Of a stretch of 64,000 nucleotides of DNA, positions 1 through 14,799 are shown piece by piece. Under the pieces are notes generated by a model, which worked only from the letters and a program-made list of their open reading frames with translations, searched no databases and had not been told where the DNA came from. Where the stretch lies: contig CAIIXF020000001.1 of NCBI GenBank assembly GCA_903813345.2, forward strand, positions 32,860,001-32,924,000. Direction: 5' to 3'. The DNA is from Owenia fusiformis (lineage: Eukaryota). The first letter of the stretch is position 1; each line of letters begins with the position of its first letter. The position numbers and the translations under genes are program-made.

Positions 1-252
1 AATCAGTTAAGTGGTTTTCCTGGAATTAGTCCAGGAGTAAACGAATGAAACACATTAAATTCTCAGACATTTAGCTGGCCATAAATATTGTTTCAATGAC
101 AGAACAGATTATCTTAATGTTTCAGTTTGAAATTCTATATCTCTGTTCATATGAGTATACTAGTAGATAGAATATCTGTATCAGCTATTTGAATGTCAAA
201 GCAACTTTTAATACTTGTAGTTCAATGCAGAGTTTTTACATTTCAATTAGAC

Positions 253-2778
253 CATAGGCATAGCAATGGGGGGTGCAATTGGTGATCGCACCCCCACCCC
301 CCCCCCCCCCCATAACCAATAAAATATAACCATGAGAAGAAAAGAGCTTTAGTCTCTGATAAATCAGACTACGTATACCGCCATGTTTACATTAGGGGAT
401 TAGAAGGGTTTACTTTTATTTAGGTATGCAAGCAATATCAATATTAGGCCTTCATGCATGTACTCGTGTGTACAATCAGCATGCCCTTCAATATTATATA
501 AACCAGGCTATTCAAGCACTACATAATGTACACTGTTTATGTGTGTACGTACTACATGGGAATACGATTCCCTGGGAAACAAAACACAAATACTTTTTAT
601 ATGTTCAAAATGAGCCATTTGATTGATGTATACACTTAAAGGGATGTTAAGCAGATATGTAGGTCAGTATTACATAATCATGAAATGAATAAGTCTGAAA
701 ATACAATTGGTCAGAATGTGCTAAAACCTGCTTGAAACTGAAAAACATTGCATGCTGTATTCCACACAATTTGGAGGCTTTTGAAATTGGCAGTAACAAT
801 GAATAAGTGCCTGTATATAATCATTGCATAGAAAACACTTCATGTAGTGTTTATGAGATGTATTGAGTATTGACCAAAATACTCCTTTGTTAACTATATA
901 CTGGAGTACATACTGGCACCCTTACAAATATGTTATTGTAGAATTAGCCCATAAGAGCTTTGCAAAATCAACATCTTATACTATCAACCTAATAGACGAC
1001 TTGTCCAACCTTAAAGGCAAACTATTATAGACAAATTTGAAGATAAGACTGTTATTGTCACATTGAATTATGATAATAAGCATATTATTTTTTTGAAATA
1101 TTTTGCACCGGTATAACCATGCCCAGTAGAATAATACACATGGTTACCCAAAATTGTAGAAACATGAATATGTTTCTTATAAGTAATTAATTCATATATC
1201 CCAAGATTTCACCCCTTCCCTTCCTGACCAAACCTTGTTTGATTTTTGATTTTTGATTTTTTTTAAATAAAAGAAACTACTCTTTTTGACATCTTATCAT
1301 TTTTATTTCCATATGTTATTGACGTGAGAATTCAAATGATCAATGGGAAAACAATGCTAAACTTGCACACTGAAATAGGTATTCCAGCAGGCCTAGGAAA
1401 ATATGGCTAGAAAAAGATGCAACACCTAAGGGCTACAGGTGGACAAACTACTCCCCCTGAAAAGTATTTTAAGGGTCAGATCACCAAATTCATGATTGCG
1501 TTGAAAAGCTTTGAATGTTAATTTTCAAGAATGGATGTATTACAAAAGAAGAAAATATGTAGAATTCACATTGTTTATTTCGAGTGATTCTTTAGTGTCA
1601 AGTTTTGTTTCTAGTGACAGCATGTTACTGAATATATCATCAAGTGAGCTAAACTACAGCAGCTAAAATAAGCATACAGAAATATTTTAATTCAGTATGA
1701 TTCAGAGATAGAAGGGGATTATACAGTTATAAGGGATAGCAATTTATTTATTATCTTCCAATTTAACTAAATTCTTGAATTTGAAGATCTACTGCTATAT
1801 TGTTTAATATGCATTATGATAGATCGATTTGATGGTAAGAACTAGTATGTGATATGATCGATTTTATTTTTTGTCATCATTGCTAAGGAATACAATAATA
1901 CCATTCCAATTAATGATAACTCACTTATTGTATTACTTGTGCTTGATACACATGCTGGAAGATAATAATTTTAAAATCAGTAAACCATTACCAAAACTTT
2001 GGTTACCCTGTAGTAGTAAAAAGGCACATTAAAAATGATATCACCCCCTTCAATCTATTTTTACAGATTTTTATGATTATTTCACATTTTTCTATATTTT
2101 GCGTAACCAGGACGGTGAATTTTCTTCATTTTTCTTCAAACATTTCGTCCTACCAATATTTATTATATCTGTCAATTTCAAGAAAATCGCGCCGCTACGT
2201 TTGAAGATAATTCAAATTATGTCGTTTTTCCCATTGAGCTCCATTGTAAAAAATGAATTTTCAAACTTAATATTTTAAAATTCTACGTGATGAAAAGTTG
2301 CATAATGAGTAGTTATTTAAAGTTATGGTGTAAAAAATTCAAAACAAAAAGGAATGAAGAAAAAATGCCACGGAAATAGCTCATTAATAACATCTACAAA
2401 GTATATCTAATAGTAATTTTCAATTTCAATAGTGAAACTTGCCTGTTTACGATTATACGGGAAATCAACATGGGACGAAGATTGTTCACCTTCCTGACTT
2501 ACCTCTGAAGCCTGTACCTTGTAATCTCTTTATATAGGTTAGCGAGAGCGCTGCGCCTGCGCAGTTTTAAACTTTGGCGCACACTTTAAATTAAATGCTT
2601 TTTATTTGAAGCTTCTAGCTCAATTTATTATGAAGGAAGTTGCATAAATTTTTGTAAAATTCAAGATAAATCTTAATTGTTGGCTTCTTATGCCACAATC
2701 GCACCCCCTGACCGAAAATAGAATTTTTGGCGATCGCACCCCCCCCCCTGCCCTGACTGAAAGCTGACTACGCCCCTG
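253..2778. mobile_element. Non-autonomous TIR element (CAGGGGCGTAG-type ends), 5-bp TSD
   Basis: Ends CATAGGCATAG and CTACGCCCCTG, flanked by TAGAC on both sides; subterminal GATCGCACCCC repeats at both ends. Confidence 0.6.
875..2387 (+). repeat. About 1.5-kb dispersed repeat, copy 1
   Basis: Colinear and highly similar to 15631-15686 plus 18713-20117. Confidence 0.9.
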
Positions 2779-3584
2779 TAGACATTTCCATTTTTAAACT
2801 TTATTTCCTGCAAATTCCTATATACAGTAAAAGCACTAAAATAAAAAAAATTCTATCTGCACAATATCACATTGTGATCTTGATAGATAACTAGCTTGAC
2901 TGATTGATATTTATTTGCCTTCGTCATGTTATGTGGCTTACAATAGCCAGGATTTTGTGACTGGGAGGGGGTGGTTCATTTTTTAAATCCATGCAAAAAT
3001 ACTTCCCCACCCTCCCCCACACTCAAATGACCTCATCTTACAATAAGTAATAAAGGTATCATAATTTGATCATTATGGAATTTATTTTATGAAAGTTTAA
3101 GATGCAGAAATTGTTCACAAATTGTGAACTTTAGATTTTCAAGATGACATCTGAATTCAACTTAGTTTTGAAGTGTGAACTAGGCATGAAGTATAAACTA
3201 CCCTAATAAATTAATAATCTCATGTTTATTTGATTTTAACAATGGCCATTGCCTCTATCAAAAAATATAATTATACCAAATGAAATGTGGTACTCCATAT
3301 TCCATTTTAGAATATTTAACTTGAAACTGGAGTAAATATCATATCTGTCTCTGGGTAGTATAGTACATGTATTGTATACTAGTAACATCTTATTTAGTCT
3401 TGAATACTTCAAAGAACACTAGATATTTGCCTTTAAAAATACATTGAATCAGACTGCAATCTGTCTATGAGAGGAGGACAGTGAGTTCACTCTAGACTAA
3501 AACCAAGAAGACAAACCCATAACTTACATCTTATCTAAATAATCTGTCAACTAAAACACTAACGAGTTTTCCAGAGCTGATCAG

Positions 3585-4895
3585 ATTTGATCAGAACTTT
3601 GCAGTTATGTGGAGGACTAGAATAGCGATGACAAGATTTATCTAAAAACGTTCAAGATGGCTGCTAGAATGCAAAATGGCCACCGCAAAATTGATCAGCT
3701 GTAGAACTTGTTACCATGTAACATGTGTGAAAATTTGAAGCAAATCTGTAAAGTGTTTTTTCTGGAATCGCAATGACAAGATTTATCTAAAAACTTCTGA
3801 GATGGCTGCCAGAATGCAAGATGGCTACCGGAAAGTTGATCAGCTCTATAACTTCTTACCATGCAACATGTGTGAAAATTTGATATAAAACTGTTAAGTG
3901 GTTTTCCTGGGATCGTGATGACAAGATTTATCTAATAAATACTTCCAAGATGGCCGACAGAATGGAAGATGGCCACCGAAAAGTTAATCAGCTCTAGAAC
4001 TTCATATCATATGTAACATGCGTGAAAATTTGGAGTAAAACTGTTAAGTGGTTCTCTTGGAATCGCGATGACAAGATTTTTTTAAAAACTTCCAAGATGG
4101 CCGCCAGAATGCAAGATGGCCACCGAAAAGTTAATCAGCTCTAGAACTTTATATCATGTAACATGTGTGAAAATTTGAAGTAAATCTGTTAAGTGATTTT
4201 CCTGGAATCACGATGACAAGATTTATCTAAAAACTTCCAAGATGGCCGCCAGAATGCAAGATGGCCACCGAAAAGTTAATCAGCTCTAGAATTTCATACC
4301 ATGTAACATGTGTGAAAATTTGAAGTAAATCTGTTAAGGGATTTTCCTGGAATCTCGATCACAATATTTATTTAAAAACTTCCAAGATGGCCGCGAGAAT
4401 GCAAGATGGCTACCAAAAAGGTAATCACCTATAGACTTTCTTACCATCTAACATATGTGGAAATTTGAAGTAAATCTGTTTGGTTTTCCTGAAATTGTGA
4501 TGACAAGATTTTTTCCAAGATGGCCGCCAGAATGCAAGATGGCCACCGAAAAACTAATGAGGTCTCGGACTTGTTTTTTTTTTTTCATTTCTCATTTATT
4601 CCAAATATAACATAAAATACATTACAATATTATTGCCTACGTTTTTCAACATTGTCGGCAATATAATATCTCGGACTTGTTACCATATAACATGTGTGAA
4701 AATTTGAAGTACATCTGTTGAGTGGTTTTTCTGGAATCGCGATGCCAAGATATATCAAAAAAATCCAACATGGCCGCCAGAATGCAAATTGGCCGCTGAA
4801 AAGTTAATCAGCTCTAGAACTTCTTTCCATGTAACATGTGTGAAAATTTGAAATAATCCATCTGGCAGTTTTCCTGGAATTGTGATGACAAGAAA
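3585..4895 (+). repeat. Tandem array, about 145-bp unit (Helentron/HINE-type core repeat)
   Basis: About 8 units containing CAAGATGGCCGCCAGAATGCAAGATGGCCACCG and CATGTGTGAAAATTTG; related units at about 33430-33510 and 37600-37980. Confidence 0.85.
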
Positions 4896-5542
4896 ATGAG
4901 ACTTCAGAATGCCACCTTGTCTAACCCCATTTTGGTGCCTTTTGCCCCTGTTTCTATTAATATAAGAGGTGTTTTCTTTATGAGGGAAGTCTGTTCTTTC
5001 AAACGGTAAAATCATTTTATGTGGGAAAGTACCGGACAACAAAACCCCTTTTCTGGAGCCCTTTTGGAAATCAGATCAGGGACTAAAAGGACATACTAAT
5101 ATTAAAATGTCAAATCTAATTAATGCGCCACTTCAACCTTTTAGCATACTAAAAGAATTGCATCCTAAATGACATTTTGGGTACAATAATAAGCATTGTT
5201 TTTGTAAGACAGGATATTCGTCTAGCATCGATTACTTTGGAGATTATCTGGTCAACTATTATTACCTCGATCTGCTAAGTCCCAATTTAATATTTTTCTC
5301 ATCCCCATCAATTTGAAAAACAGATTGGATTAAAATAACCATCTTTAATTGACTCCATCATGTTCTTTGATTAATTCAATAAAGTCCTTTAACTGACTCA
5401 ACTCTGTCAAGTATTCAACTATTTAAAGGATCATCACAATGAGATCATTATAACACAACAAAAATGTAAAAAGAGATAAAAATTTGAAAATTAAAGGATG
5501 GACCATTCAGATGACAGTTAGTCTAAAATAAGTCAGTTTATA

Positions 5543-6400
5543 CAGTGCGTATCAAAAAAACGCAGCAGATTGTTATCTCGGAAAAGCACAAAACAAGTGA
5601 TAACAGCATTGATTTCATTCAATGCACCATGAAGCCATGTGTCTCCTCTTTGAAATGATATATCATTCATTGATATTTGGTCATGGTTGGGCGAGTAATC
5701 ATTCCATTTGCAAAGTGGGCCAAAATTAGCTTGGGACCAAGTTATAAACATACAAAAGTCAGTGTACGGAGCCCGATGCAATATTGGAAGAAAACATAAA
5801 ACCAATGCATCATTTTCATTCAATGTACCAAAAGGCCAAATTACTCCTCTTTGCAATGGAATATCATTCATTCACAGGGAATCATGGCTGGCCGAATAAT
5901 CATTAATTTTGCAAAGTGGGGCAAAATTCAGCTCGGACTCAAGTTTCAAACATTGCAAAAGTCAGTACAAGGGGTATAGGGGCTATTGGAAGAGGGTGTG
6001 ACAGGTGTGGCATAGACAGTTAAGTGTTCATACTCATACTCTTGCAAGAATATATCCTTTACCCCGTCAAATTGCCACCACTCCCTTGCACATAAAGATG
6101 CGCTCATCTGTCCACATCATGCCACCTGGGTCAGCTGTGGGTTAAAGCAGAGAAAAGCAGCCCATGGGCAATTCTTTCTCGAGGTTTTGTAATATCTGGT
6201 GAAAGAATTGTAGGCACAGATGCTCCTGAGATAGCTCCAAAAGAAAAACTCACAACAATTCAAGTCAGGGGAACTTCCATTTTTGCAATATCTAAAACTT
6301 GGCGCAGAGCCGATTTTGACCCACTGTGCAAATGGAAGGATTTCTCCCCCAACCATTACCACATGTGAATGAATGACATATCATTGCAAAGAGACCGAAG
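5543..6400 (-). mobile_element. Tc1/mariner relic
   Basis: TA|CAGTGCGTATCAAAAAAA end; minus-strand SPDLNCCEFFFWSYLR resembles the SPDLNPxD/E motif of DD(D/E) transposases; internal duplicated segments. Confidence 0.65.
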
Positions 6401-6647
6401 GCATATATTCAATGATACGGACATAACGTACTGTTGTATTACATACTTTTATATCATGGCTACGTTATATCAATGACGCCACGTGTCTGTGTGCGAGTGA
6501 AAGTAGGAAGAAATGAAACATGACGTCCCGATGACGTCATAAGATTGTCATGGTAAAAGGTTTGGCGGCTATACAGGAATATATAGCCGACCTTCAGCTC
6601 CATTGACTTCAATACAAATGCTTCGCTGGGTATGTAATACATACATA

Positions 6648-6862
6648 CAGGCCCGTAGCCAGGGGGGGTTCGCAGGGTTCGGGCGAACCCCCCTCCCCCC
6701 CTGGCCAGAAATTCTTTCAAAATCATGCAGTTTTTCACGATTTTGAGCACTTGTCAAGTGATTTTAGCCACATTTGGGCCAAAATTGTCAAATGTGAACC
6801 CCCCCCCCCTGGAAATTTTTGAAAAATGAACCCCCCCTTGGCAAATCCTGGCTACGGGCCTG
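6648..6862. mobile_element. MITE
   Basis: 16-bp TIR CAGGCCCGTAGCCAGG; TACATA on both flanks. Confidence 0.85.
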
Positions 6863-7046
6863 TACATATATGTATCCGGATCACGGTCGTTACTGGGTGA
6901 GTCTATCTAGTAATCTACCTAGTGAATAATTAATTAACCATGTTTGAAAAGATGCTGCAATATTGCTCCTCAGCGTTAAATAAGAGAGCTTCTTAGTAAA
7001 TCCATATCTGATAGCGAGCCGATATTGGGGCATTTGGTATAAAGCA

Positions 7047-7365
7047 CAGGGGCGGATCTGGGAACCAACAAGGGGGGGGGGCCCAAATTTCAGGTCAGAG
7101 AGAAAAACGTCCGCGCTTGCACGTAAAACAATTTTGGGCCCCTAAAACGCAAAAGTGGGCCCAAATTTTAAAATTTTGAGGCCCATTTTGTTCAAAATTT
7201 GGCCTGAATTTATAAAATGAGGCCTTAAAAGGTTCAGTAATGACCAAAAAGGCCGACTTTTTGGGGCCTTAAGGCCTTTTTTTGGGCCCAATTTTTTTTT
7301 CTGGGCCCACCCAAGGGGGGGGGGGGCGGGCCCCCAGCCCCCCCCCCCCCCCTAATCCGCCAGTG
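7047..7365. mobile_element. MITE
   Basis: Ends CAGGGGCGGAT and ATCCGCCAGTG; AAGCA duplicated on both flanks; G/C homopolymer subterminal tracts. Confidence 0.75.
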
Positions 7366-8409
7366 AAGCAAGTCTTAATATTTGATTTGTTTATAAACCC
7401 TTAATTTGCCATTGGTATCTTTTAGCATGTTTTCAAAGTATTGTAAGTATCTTTCTTTAAGCCTAGATTTTAATTTCTTTGCATTTCACTGTATTTATTT
7501 TTCCTTGAAAATTGTGATGGGATCTACCATATTTTTAAAGTTAAATGTACCCCGACATCGTCAAATAAGCTGTAAGACGTAACATTTTACGCTTACACGG
7601 TTTGTTGAAATCGGAATAACTTTTGAAATACTAATAAAAATTTCACTAAAATTTCACATTTTACTCAATGGAACATGTGCATTTTTGACGTCACAATTGC
7701 ATAACGGCTACACTGCACAATATTGTCATGGCGAAATTAACAAAACAATAACCGATTTCTTTATTTTTCAAACAATATTAAAATAAGAGCTGATTTAAGA
7801 GACTTGAAAAAATGTAACGCATCGATTTTTACCACAAATTCCATACATATCAATTTTTGCTAACAACCCCTGGATTTCCTGACCGTTTTTCAAAAATCAA
7901 AAACATTTTAGAAATATTGTCCTCGAGATCTTGTTGCTCTGTGAACTTTACCAGAATTGAATAAGGATAAAGCATCTTATTTTTAGGTTGACTAAACTTG
8001 ACAAGATATAACGCTTGTCGTTTTTGACGTTATAATTATATTTGCCCATTATTACCACCTTGCCGGGCCAGTTCTAGGGTTTTTAGTGCTAGTTAAGAAG
8101 GTATACATTTTACTATATCGACCTGAGCAATATGTGACGTCATAGTGGCGGTCCATATTGCCGGTCAAGAATGCAATTAATGACCGGCAATTTTACCCTT
8201 TTAGATATCGTTCAGTGCGTAAGATAATATTGCTGTTTCAGTCCTGGTCATTAACGGTGGTAATAATACTAATAACGTCATTTCGAAGGGCAATATAGTG
8301 AAATATTGGACCGAGGGCCGATAATAACGTCATTTCTGCGGACAATATAGTGAAATATTGGACCGAGGGCCTAAGGCCGAGGTCATACTTAGTTAGCGTT
8401 AAAAGGAAA

Positions 8410-8476
8410 GCACTGGTGGTTCAGTAGCAGAATGCTCGTTCCCTTGTTGGAGGCCCTGGTTCGATTCTCAGCAATG
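8410..8476 (+). pseudogene. Degenerate tRNA-Gly-like sequence
   Basis: GCACTGGTGGTTCAGTAGCAGAAT...GGTTCGATTC...CAATG followed by a T run; resembles tRNA-Gly but the stems are broken. Confidence 0.7.
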
Positions 8477-8543
8477 TTTTTTTTAAACTGACATAAAGAT
8501 AAATTCCACTTATATTGAGTCACACTTGAATGTTAACATGAAA

Positions 8544-8600
8544 GCACTGGTGGTTCAGTGGTAGAATGCGCACTTCCCATGTTGAAGGCCCTGGTTCACT
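8544..8600 (+). pseudogene. Truncated tRNA-Gly-like sequence (second copy)
   Basis: GCACTGGTGGTTCAGTGGTAGAAT, CCC in the anticodon position, truncated in the T arm. Confidence 0.65.
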
Positions 8601-9687
8601 TTTGATTTAAAATGTCCATATACATGTTTTTTACACTGATGCAGAGGCGCGTAATGAATGAATGAGCAACAGAGATAAGCAATGCATACAGTAGTTATTA
8701 GTAATAATGTTATCATCAAATACATCTACAGTAATACACCCCCTTTCTGTTGACATTCTGAGAAGAATTGATGAGTTAATCTGATTTATTTTGTCATTCT
8801 GTCGACATTAGTGATCGTTATCTTTAATATGATAGTAGACTTTTTTGTTTCTAGGGAAAAGTATTGGAGAATAATAAGACTTGCTTGAAGGCATGTATTT
8901 CATAGGATGGAGAAAAGAATGATACTTGATACATAACCAAACATAGGAAGACTAGATCATCATCATTTTCCACAACACCTTGGTTTTTACTTGAACAAAC
9001 CAAACAAGAGGAAAATAATGTTTTTGTTCAACATTGACAACTTGTTTGTCTTGTACGTTAAGAGAAGTAAACACTTAAGTCAACAATCGGCTTATAGAAT
9101 ATTCTTACAATGTCTAAGGTTGCCATTTGGATTTGTATGAATTAATAAAATAATCTGCAGTGTCATGTCTTTGGTGATAAAAACTAATACTTAGCCTTAA
9201 CCTGTAGTGACGTAAAGGCCACTCAATCAAAGGATCCAAGGGTCCTAAGATCAAGTATACCACACAAATAATTTATTTGTGAGCAATACAGTTGAGTATA
9301 AATGGGAACACAGAACTTTTTACATATACATAGTAGAGCAGAGGCCTTTTTACCAGTTTGAATTTCAAACATGAAAATTTCTAAATACATTAGTAATTCA
9401 AGATGATTTCACCTAGAGACCGAACATATTGAAGGGACAAGCTTATATTGAGTTCAACAATGGTATTTATCTTTGTTCAGATGCACAATGGTCAAACAAT
9501 ATCCAATGAAATAATGATTAGGAGGATTACTTCAGAAAATGTAAAAGTTATAATCGCTTTGGCGCTTTGTAGTTTAACCCTGTGCAAATTAGATCCAATA
9601 TATTTTTACTTTATTTTCATGCTGTTTCTCTTTTCTTAAAACAAATTAAAACTCACACGAGGTATCCAGCAAACATGTTGTCATTTA

Positions 9688-10564
9688 CACCCCAGTCACA
9701 TTTGTCGTACGGAGGGCGTGCGTCTACCGCAGATCAATTAAATCAGTGTATTTCTGCGGCGAGCGTAGGAAAACTACGCTCGCCTTGCGGCCTCCGTACG
9801 GCGTATCCAGTTTTTTACAGGCCGCAGGGTCGCCGTAGAAATTATAACTTGGAGTTATAATATTTGTTCATTTCTGAGGTCCCCGTAGAAATCAACTGGC
9901 TCAACAAGATTGAATCATTATTTGTCAACGTTTCACGATCACTTTTCATTTGATATTACATCCTAACACTATGAATAACATTTATAAATTGTCCTGATGT
10001 AAATAAAATGAAAAAAAGTATTATTCATCAACAGAAAGGACGATTCTCGGTTTGGAGAACAGCCTCCTGGGCTAAAAAAATTTCATGAAAAATATAGAAA
10101 TATTACCCAAATTAAACTATGAATATTCAAAAGAGGACAATTAAATCTACAAGATGTAAAAATAACAAATTGGTCTGAAGCAGGGATAATGCTCAAATAG
10201 ACCGATTCAATAAAATACAAGTCTCGATTTGGGGAAAGAAGTTCATCAGTGTACTGCGCTGATATTTTTTTGCGAAAAATCTAGAAATATTACCCAAATT
10301 AAATTATGACTATTCAAAAGAAGACATTCAAATCTATATTATGTAAAAAAATCAAATTTGTCCGAAGCAGGGATAATGCTCATTTAGATTGATGAACTTC
10401 GTTCTCCAAACCGAGAATCGTCCTTTAAAATTCACCGTGCGGCTGCCGTGGTAAATGTGACTGCAAAAGTATGAGAGCGCAGAAATTCTACGGCGAGCGT
10501 AGAAAACCTACTGGCCGCAGAAATGATAGACCGCACGGCGGCCGTGGGAAATGTGACTGGGGTG
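9688..10564. mobile_element. PIF/Harbinger-like MITE
   Basis: TIR CACCCCAGTCACATTT with TTA on both flanks; an internal inverted/duplicated segment at about 10035-10425 is absent from the adjacent copy. Confidence 0.75.
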
Positions 10565-10597
10565 TTAGTGCTAGTTTGAATTGGTTGTCATGCCTAA

Positions 10598-11057
10598 CAC
10601 CCCAGTCACATTTGTCGCACGGCGGCTGCAAGTCGACCGCAGATCAATTAAATCGGTGAATTTCTGCGGCGAGCGTAGAAAAACTACGCTCGCCTTGCGG
10701 CCTCCGTACGGCGTATCCAGTTTTTTACAGGCCGCAGGGTCGCCGTAGAAATTATAACTCGGAGTTATAATATTTGTTCATTTCTGAGGTCCCCGTGGAA
10801 ATCAACTGGCTCAACAAAATTGAATCATTATTTGTCAATGTTTTACGATCACTTTTCATTTGATATTACATCCTTGCACTATGAATAACATTTATAAATT
10901 GTCCCGATGTAAATAAAATGAAAAAGTATTATTCATCAACAGAAATTTAAAATTCACCGTGGGGCTGTCGCGGGAAATGTGACTGCAAAAGTATGAGAGC
11001 GCAGAAATTCCACGGCGAGCGTAGAAATGTTACCGGCCGCAGAAATGATAGACCGCA
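10598..11057. mobile_element. Second, 3'-truncated copy of the same MITE
   Basis: Near-identical to 9688-10035 plus 10425-10535. Confidence 0.8.
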
Positions 11058-11885
11058 AGTAAACACATTTACTGGATAGTTGGGTCAACAGTCGGTCCCC
11101 GACCGTCAGTTTCAAACTACCAGCTAAAACAGCATATGAGGCAATAAAACCTATTCAAACATGTCAAATGCTAATTGGGTAATCATTATTTTAGCTGACG
11201 GGGGTCGTCAGTTTGGATATCTAGAAAATATGATTTTTCTCTCGAATAATATAGTTTCTATATAGCTGAATAATGCTGAGAAAATAGATGTCACCCTTGT
11301 CATTCTTCGTTTTGCTTGGCCCAGACTGCCATAGTCTTCCATGTTATTAACTTGTAATAGTCACTCAATTTAATGATTTATGAAAAGGGTTGGTTGAATC
11401 TGTCTGAAACCCAAATGGCATACAATGGGTTGACCCTGCCAATGTACTTATGTTGGGATTAATCATGAAACTTTTGGTTGTCAAACAAATAAATCAAGGT
11501 TTTAAAGATCAGAATATTAGCCTTGCACCAATGGAGATTTGGCCAAGTTTTTTAAAACGTCATGGAAAATGATTTAAATGACATAACTGTATTATTTTGG
11601 AAAATTTTTCGCTGATTTAAACATGCTATCAAAAAGAAAGCAAAGTAAAAGTCTGGCAGAAACTTCAAAGCTAATCGTTTTCTTCGGATTACAATGTTTT
11701 TTTAACTTATCAGCATGAATATAGGATTGGGACCTCAAAATCATTGGTTGCCGGAGCGGCACCCTTGGGCAACTCTCTACAGAGCATTTCTTATACCCCC
11801 TGATAAAATATACAGGGGATACTATAAGACACCCTCATATCTCAGACACTAATAAATATATTAACTTGAAATTTTCGAATATTAG

Positions 11886-13596
11886 TTTAGTATGCTTGAC
11901 ACGTGTGACAAAGATCAAGAAAAAATCTTAATCCAATGCTATAGCAACAGTGACACTATTTGTTACCGTAGAAATGCATTATTTTGCTGATTTTCATAAT
12001 TTTCTTCATATTCTTGATTCTTAAAGCATCATACCTTTGCAAAACTGAGAACTGGAACATTGAAACTACACATGTGCGATTGAAGAAAAAGATCAATAGT
12101 CTGTAGGTGATTTTTAATAGCTTTGATACATGGTTTTATCTCAATGTACTGATTATTCAAAAGTATACAACAAGATCCAATGAAATGTTAAGTACGAGAA
12201 TTCCAACTTGATTTCCTTCGTAACGACCATATGCATATACTGGTACAAAAATATCCAATTGAATTCAATGTTAAATCAAATATTCATAGTGCCTATAAAA
12301 GCTATACGATGGCCCCAAGTGGCCCCCAGAAGCTATACAGGACCCCCCAGTAGTCTGATTGCTCAGATGAGGAAAGCCAATGCTTATGAAATTTAGACAT
12401 TATGCCAAAATCTAGACTATGCCAACCTCTCTATTGTATGATTACATTAGATTTCATAATGATGCATGTTCTAAATGCCAAAGTCTAGACTATATGCCAA
12501 CCTCACTACTGTATGAATTCATTAGATTTCATTTGATATTATACGCGTATATATGTCCTATACTAAAGTGTAATGACGTGTCGCAAAAAGGTGGCGCATT
12601 TGTTTTTTAGGGGTATCGCGTGAATGTAACTTTGATTCCCCGGATTATAAGATAATATTCTAATTAAAGTTATATATCATTTTAAAGCTATTTCAATGGG
12701 TTTTTAGATCAACTACACTCCGTTCACGATTCTTGCGCGTTCTTTTTTAAAAAAGAGTTTTTTACCAAAACATCTGGCAAATATCCCCTGTTGACACGTT
12801 ACATTTTGAATTATTTTTCGTCTTTAAACGCTCATAACTCAAACAATATATGACTATTATACTTATTTTTCGTCCTGATAAAGGATGAATTTTAGTAAGC
12901 GTCCCATATTGTGACGTCATAGAGTTTGAAAAATAGAATCTGTTGACAGCGACCTTTTTTGCTCATTTTTTGTTACCTTCAGCTTTTCAGGTGTACATTA
13001 AACAAAAAATACGACACCGATTTTAAATAAATCATACATGATTATTTTGCTCCTAAACTCTATTTTATTAATAAATAGTTGATTTTGTTCGCAAAAGTAT
13101 GTGTTTTCTGTTGTATGTGTAAAAGTGGAGGACGAGAGGTTTTCAAAATTCATTAAAATAGGGCTAATTTACGCCATTCGCCTATTTTCAAGCACAGCAA
13201 CACGTATATTTATTTCACCTAAAATATCAATTGATTCGTGTTTTATGATGCTCCTATCCCATTGTTAATACATGTACGATATCAGAATTATTCGACTTAA
13301 ACATTATGAGATATAGAGGCAAATATGGAGGACGAAAGGATTTCCATATGTGTACATTTTTCTCAAAAACGTCACATTCTGTGGTGTTAAAAAGCGAAAA
13401 TGTGTAACAATGCGTGCGTGACCTTTTTGCGACACGTCAATACTATATACTAGTTTAAGAATCAAGAATATGAAGAAATGTTGAAAATCAGCAAAATAGA
13501 GCTACGGTAACAAATAGTGTTCTGTTACCGTTGCTAAAGCAACGGATTAAGATTTTTTTCTTGATTTTTGTCATACATGTCAAGCAACATACTAAA
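11886..13596. mobile_element. Inverted-repeat element containing a nested TIR element
   Basis: About 140-bp inverted arms (11886-12025 versus 13452-13596). Inner element 12574-13439 has TIR TGACGTGTCGCAAAAAGGT. Confidence 0.7.
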
Positions 13597-14799
13597 ACTA
13601 ATTATATTGATTTGTATAAAAAGAAATGTTGAAATAATATGATTTTTACCGATATGTTAGTAAATTTATTTCATACTTAATATTTGCTTACCTGTGTCAC
13701 CAAAGTATCCATCAACAATTTTTGCTATTGAGTTACAACGATGCATGAATCCAAGTATTAATCCAACTTTTAAATACAACATAATTCTAAAGGCTTGGGT
13801 AAAGTATAGGTAGACTTGCACTAATTACAAAATCAGAAATGTATGTTGCAGGTGAGTTGATTCTAGATGTTTCCTCATTTCAAGTCCCTTCGTATTGCCT
13901 CTAATATAGTTAATTGCAGTTCTGAAAGGTCTTCTGTAGCAAACACGGATACCCAATAATTATAAATATGCGTACATTCTGTTGTATACATTCTGACTGC
14001 CTTAAGAACCGGAGGAAACTTTACATTTACCATTTGAGAAACAGGGAAATGTGGGGGTGATCCACTAAAATATATATTCAAGATTTGAAATCAGCCAATA
14101 AAGAATATTGGGAATATTGTTCGTGTATTTGGGAAACATGTCAGAATTACAATGTCTGGTTAATGTGGATATAGAGTATAAATCAACTAATTTTCATTTC
14201 GTGTGTATTCGCTTTCTGACTATGTTAAAAGATTTTCGAGCAGTGCTCGATTTTTTCGGAGTAAACCTATCCACAGAAATTGATAGTAGTGCTCCATTTT
14301 TTCGTGGCAAATCTACCCACAAAAATTGATAAGTCGGAAAATGTTGTTTTTTCACATTTCCTTTTAATCATTTTTTTCCCCTATCGCCTAAGAGTGTCGA
14401 TTATTTTTATGAGAATAAAATTGGAGTTGTTACACGGGGGAGTAGCTGTTCCAGTGTAAATAAGTATAACCGGTCTTCATAATCCGAGTTTCACCTAGTT
14501 TTACTTTTGTTATGCCCTGGTCACATATGCACCGATTTTCACTACGGCGCCCGGCGGATTGAGTATTTTGTTCGCAATTGAATGCATTATTGAACAAAAC
14601 ACTCAATCGGCCGGGCGACGGCCGATGGATTGGAGCAAATGTGACCAGGGCATAAACAGACAGGGTAATGCCTGGGTCGCATTTGCTGCGATTCATCGGC
14701 CGGCGCCCGGTCGCCGATTGAGTTATCTGTTCAAAATTGAATACATTTCTGGACAAAATACTCAATTGGCCGGGCACCGTAGTGAAAATCGGAGCTTAA

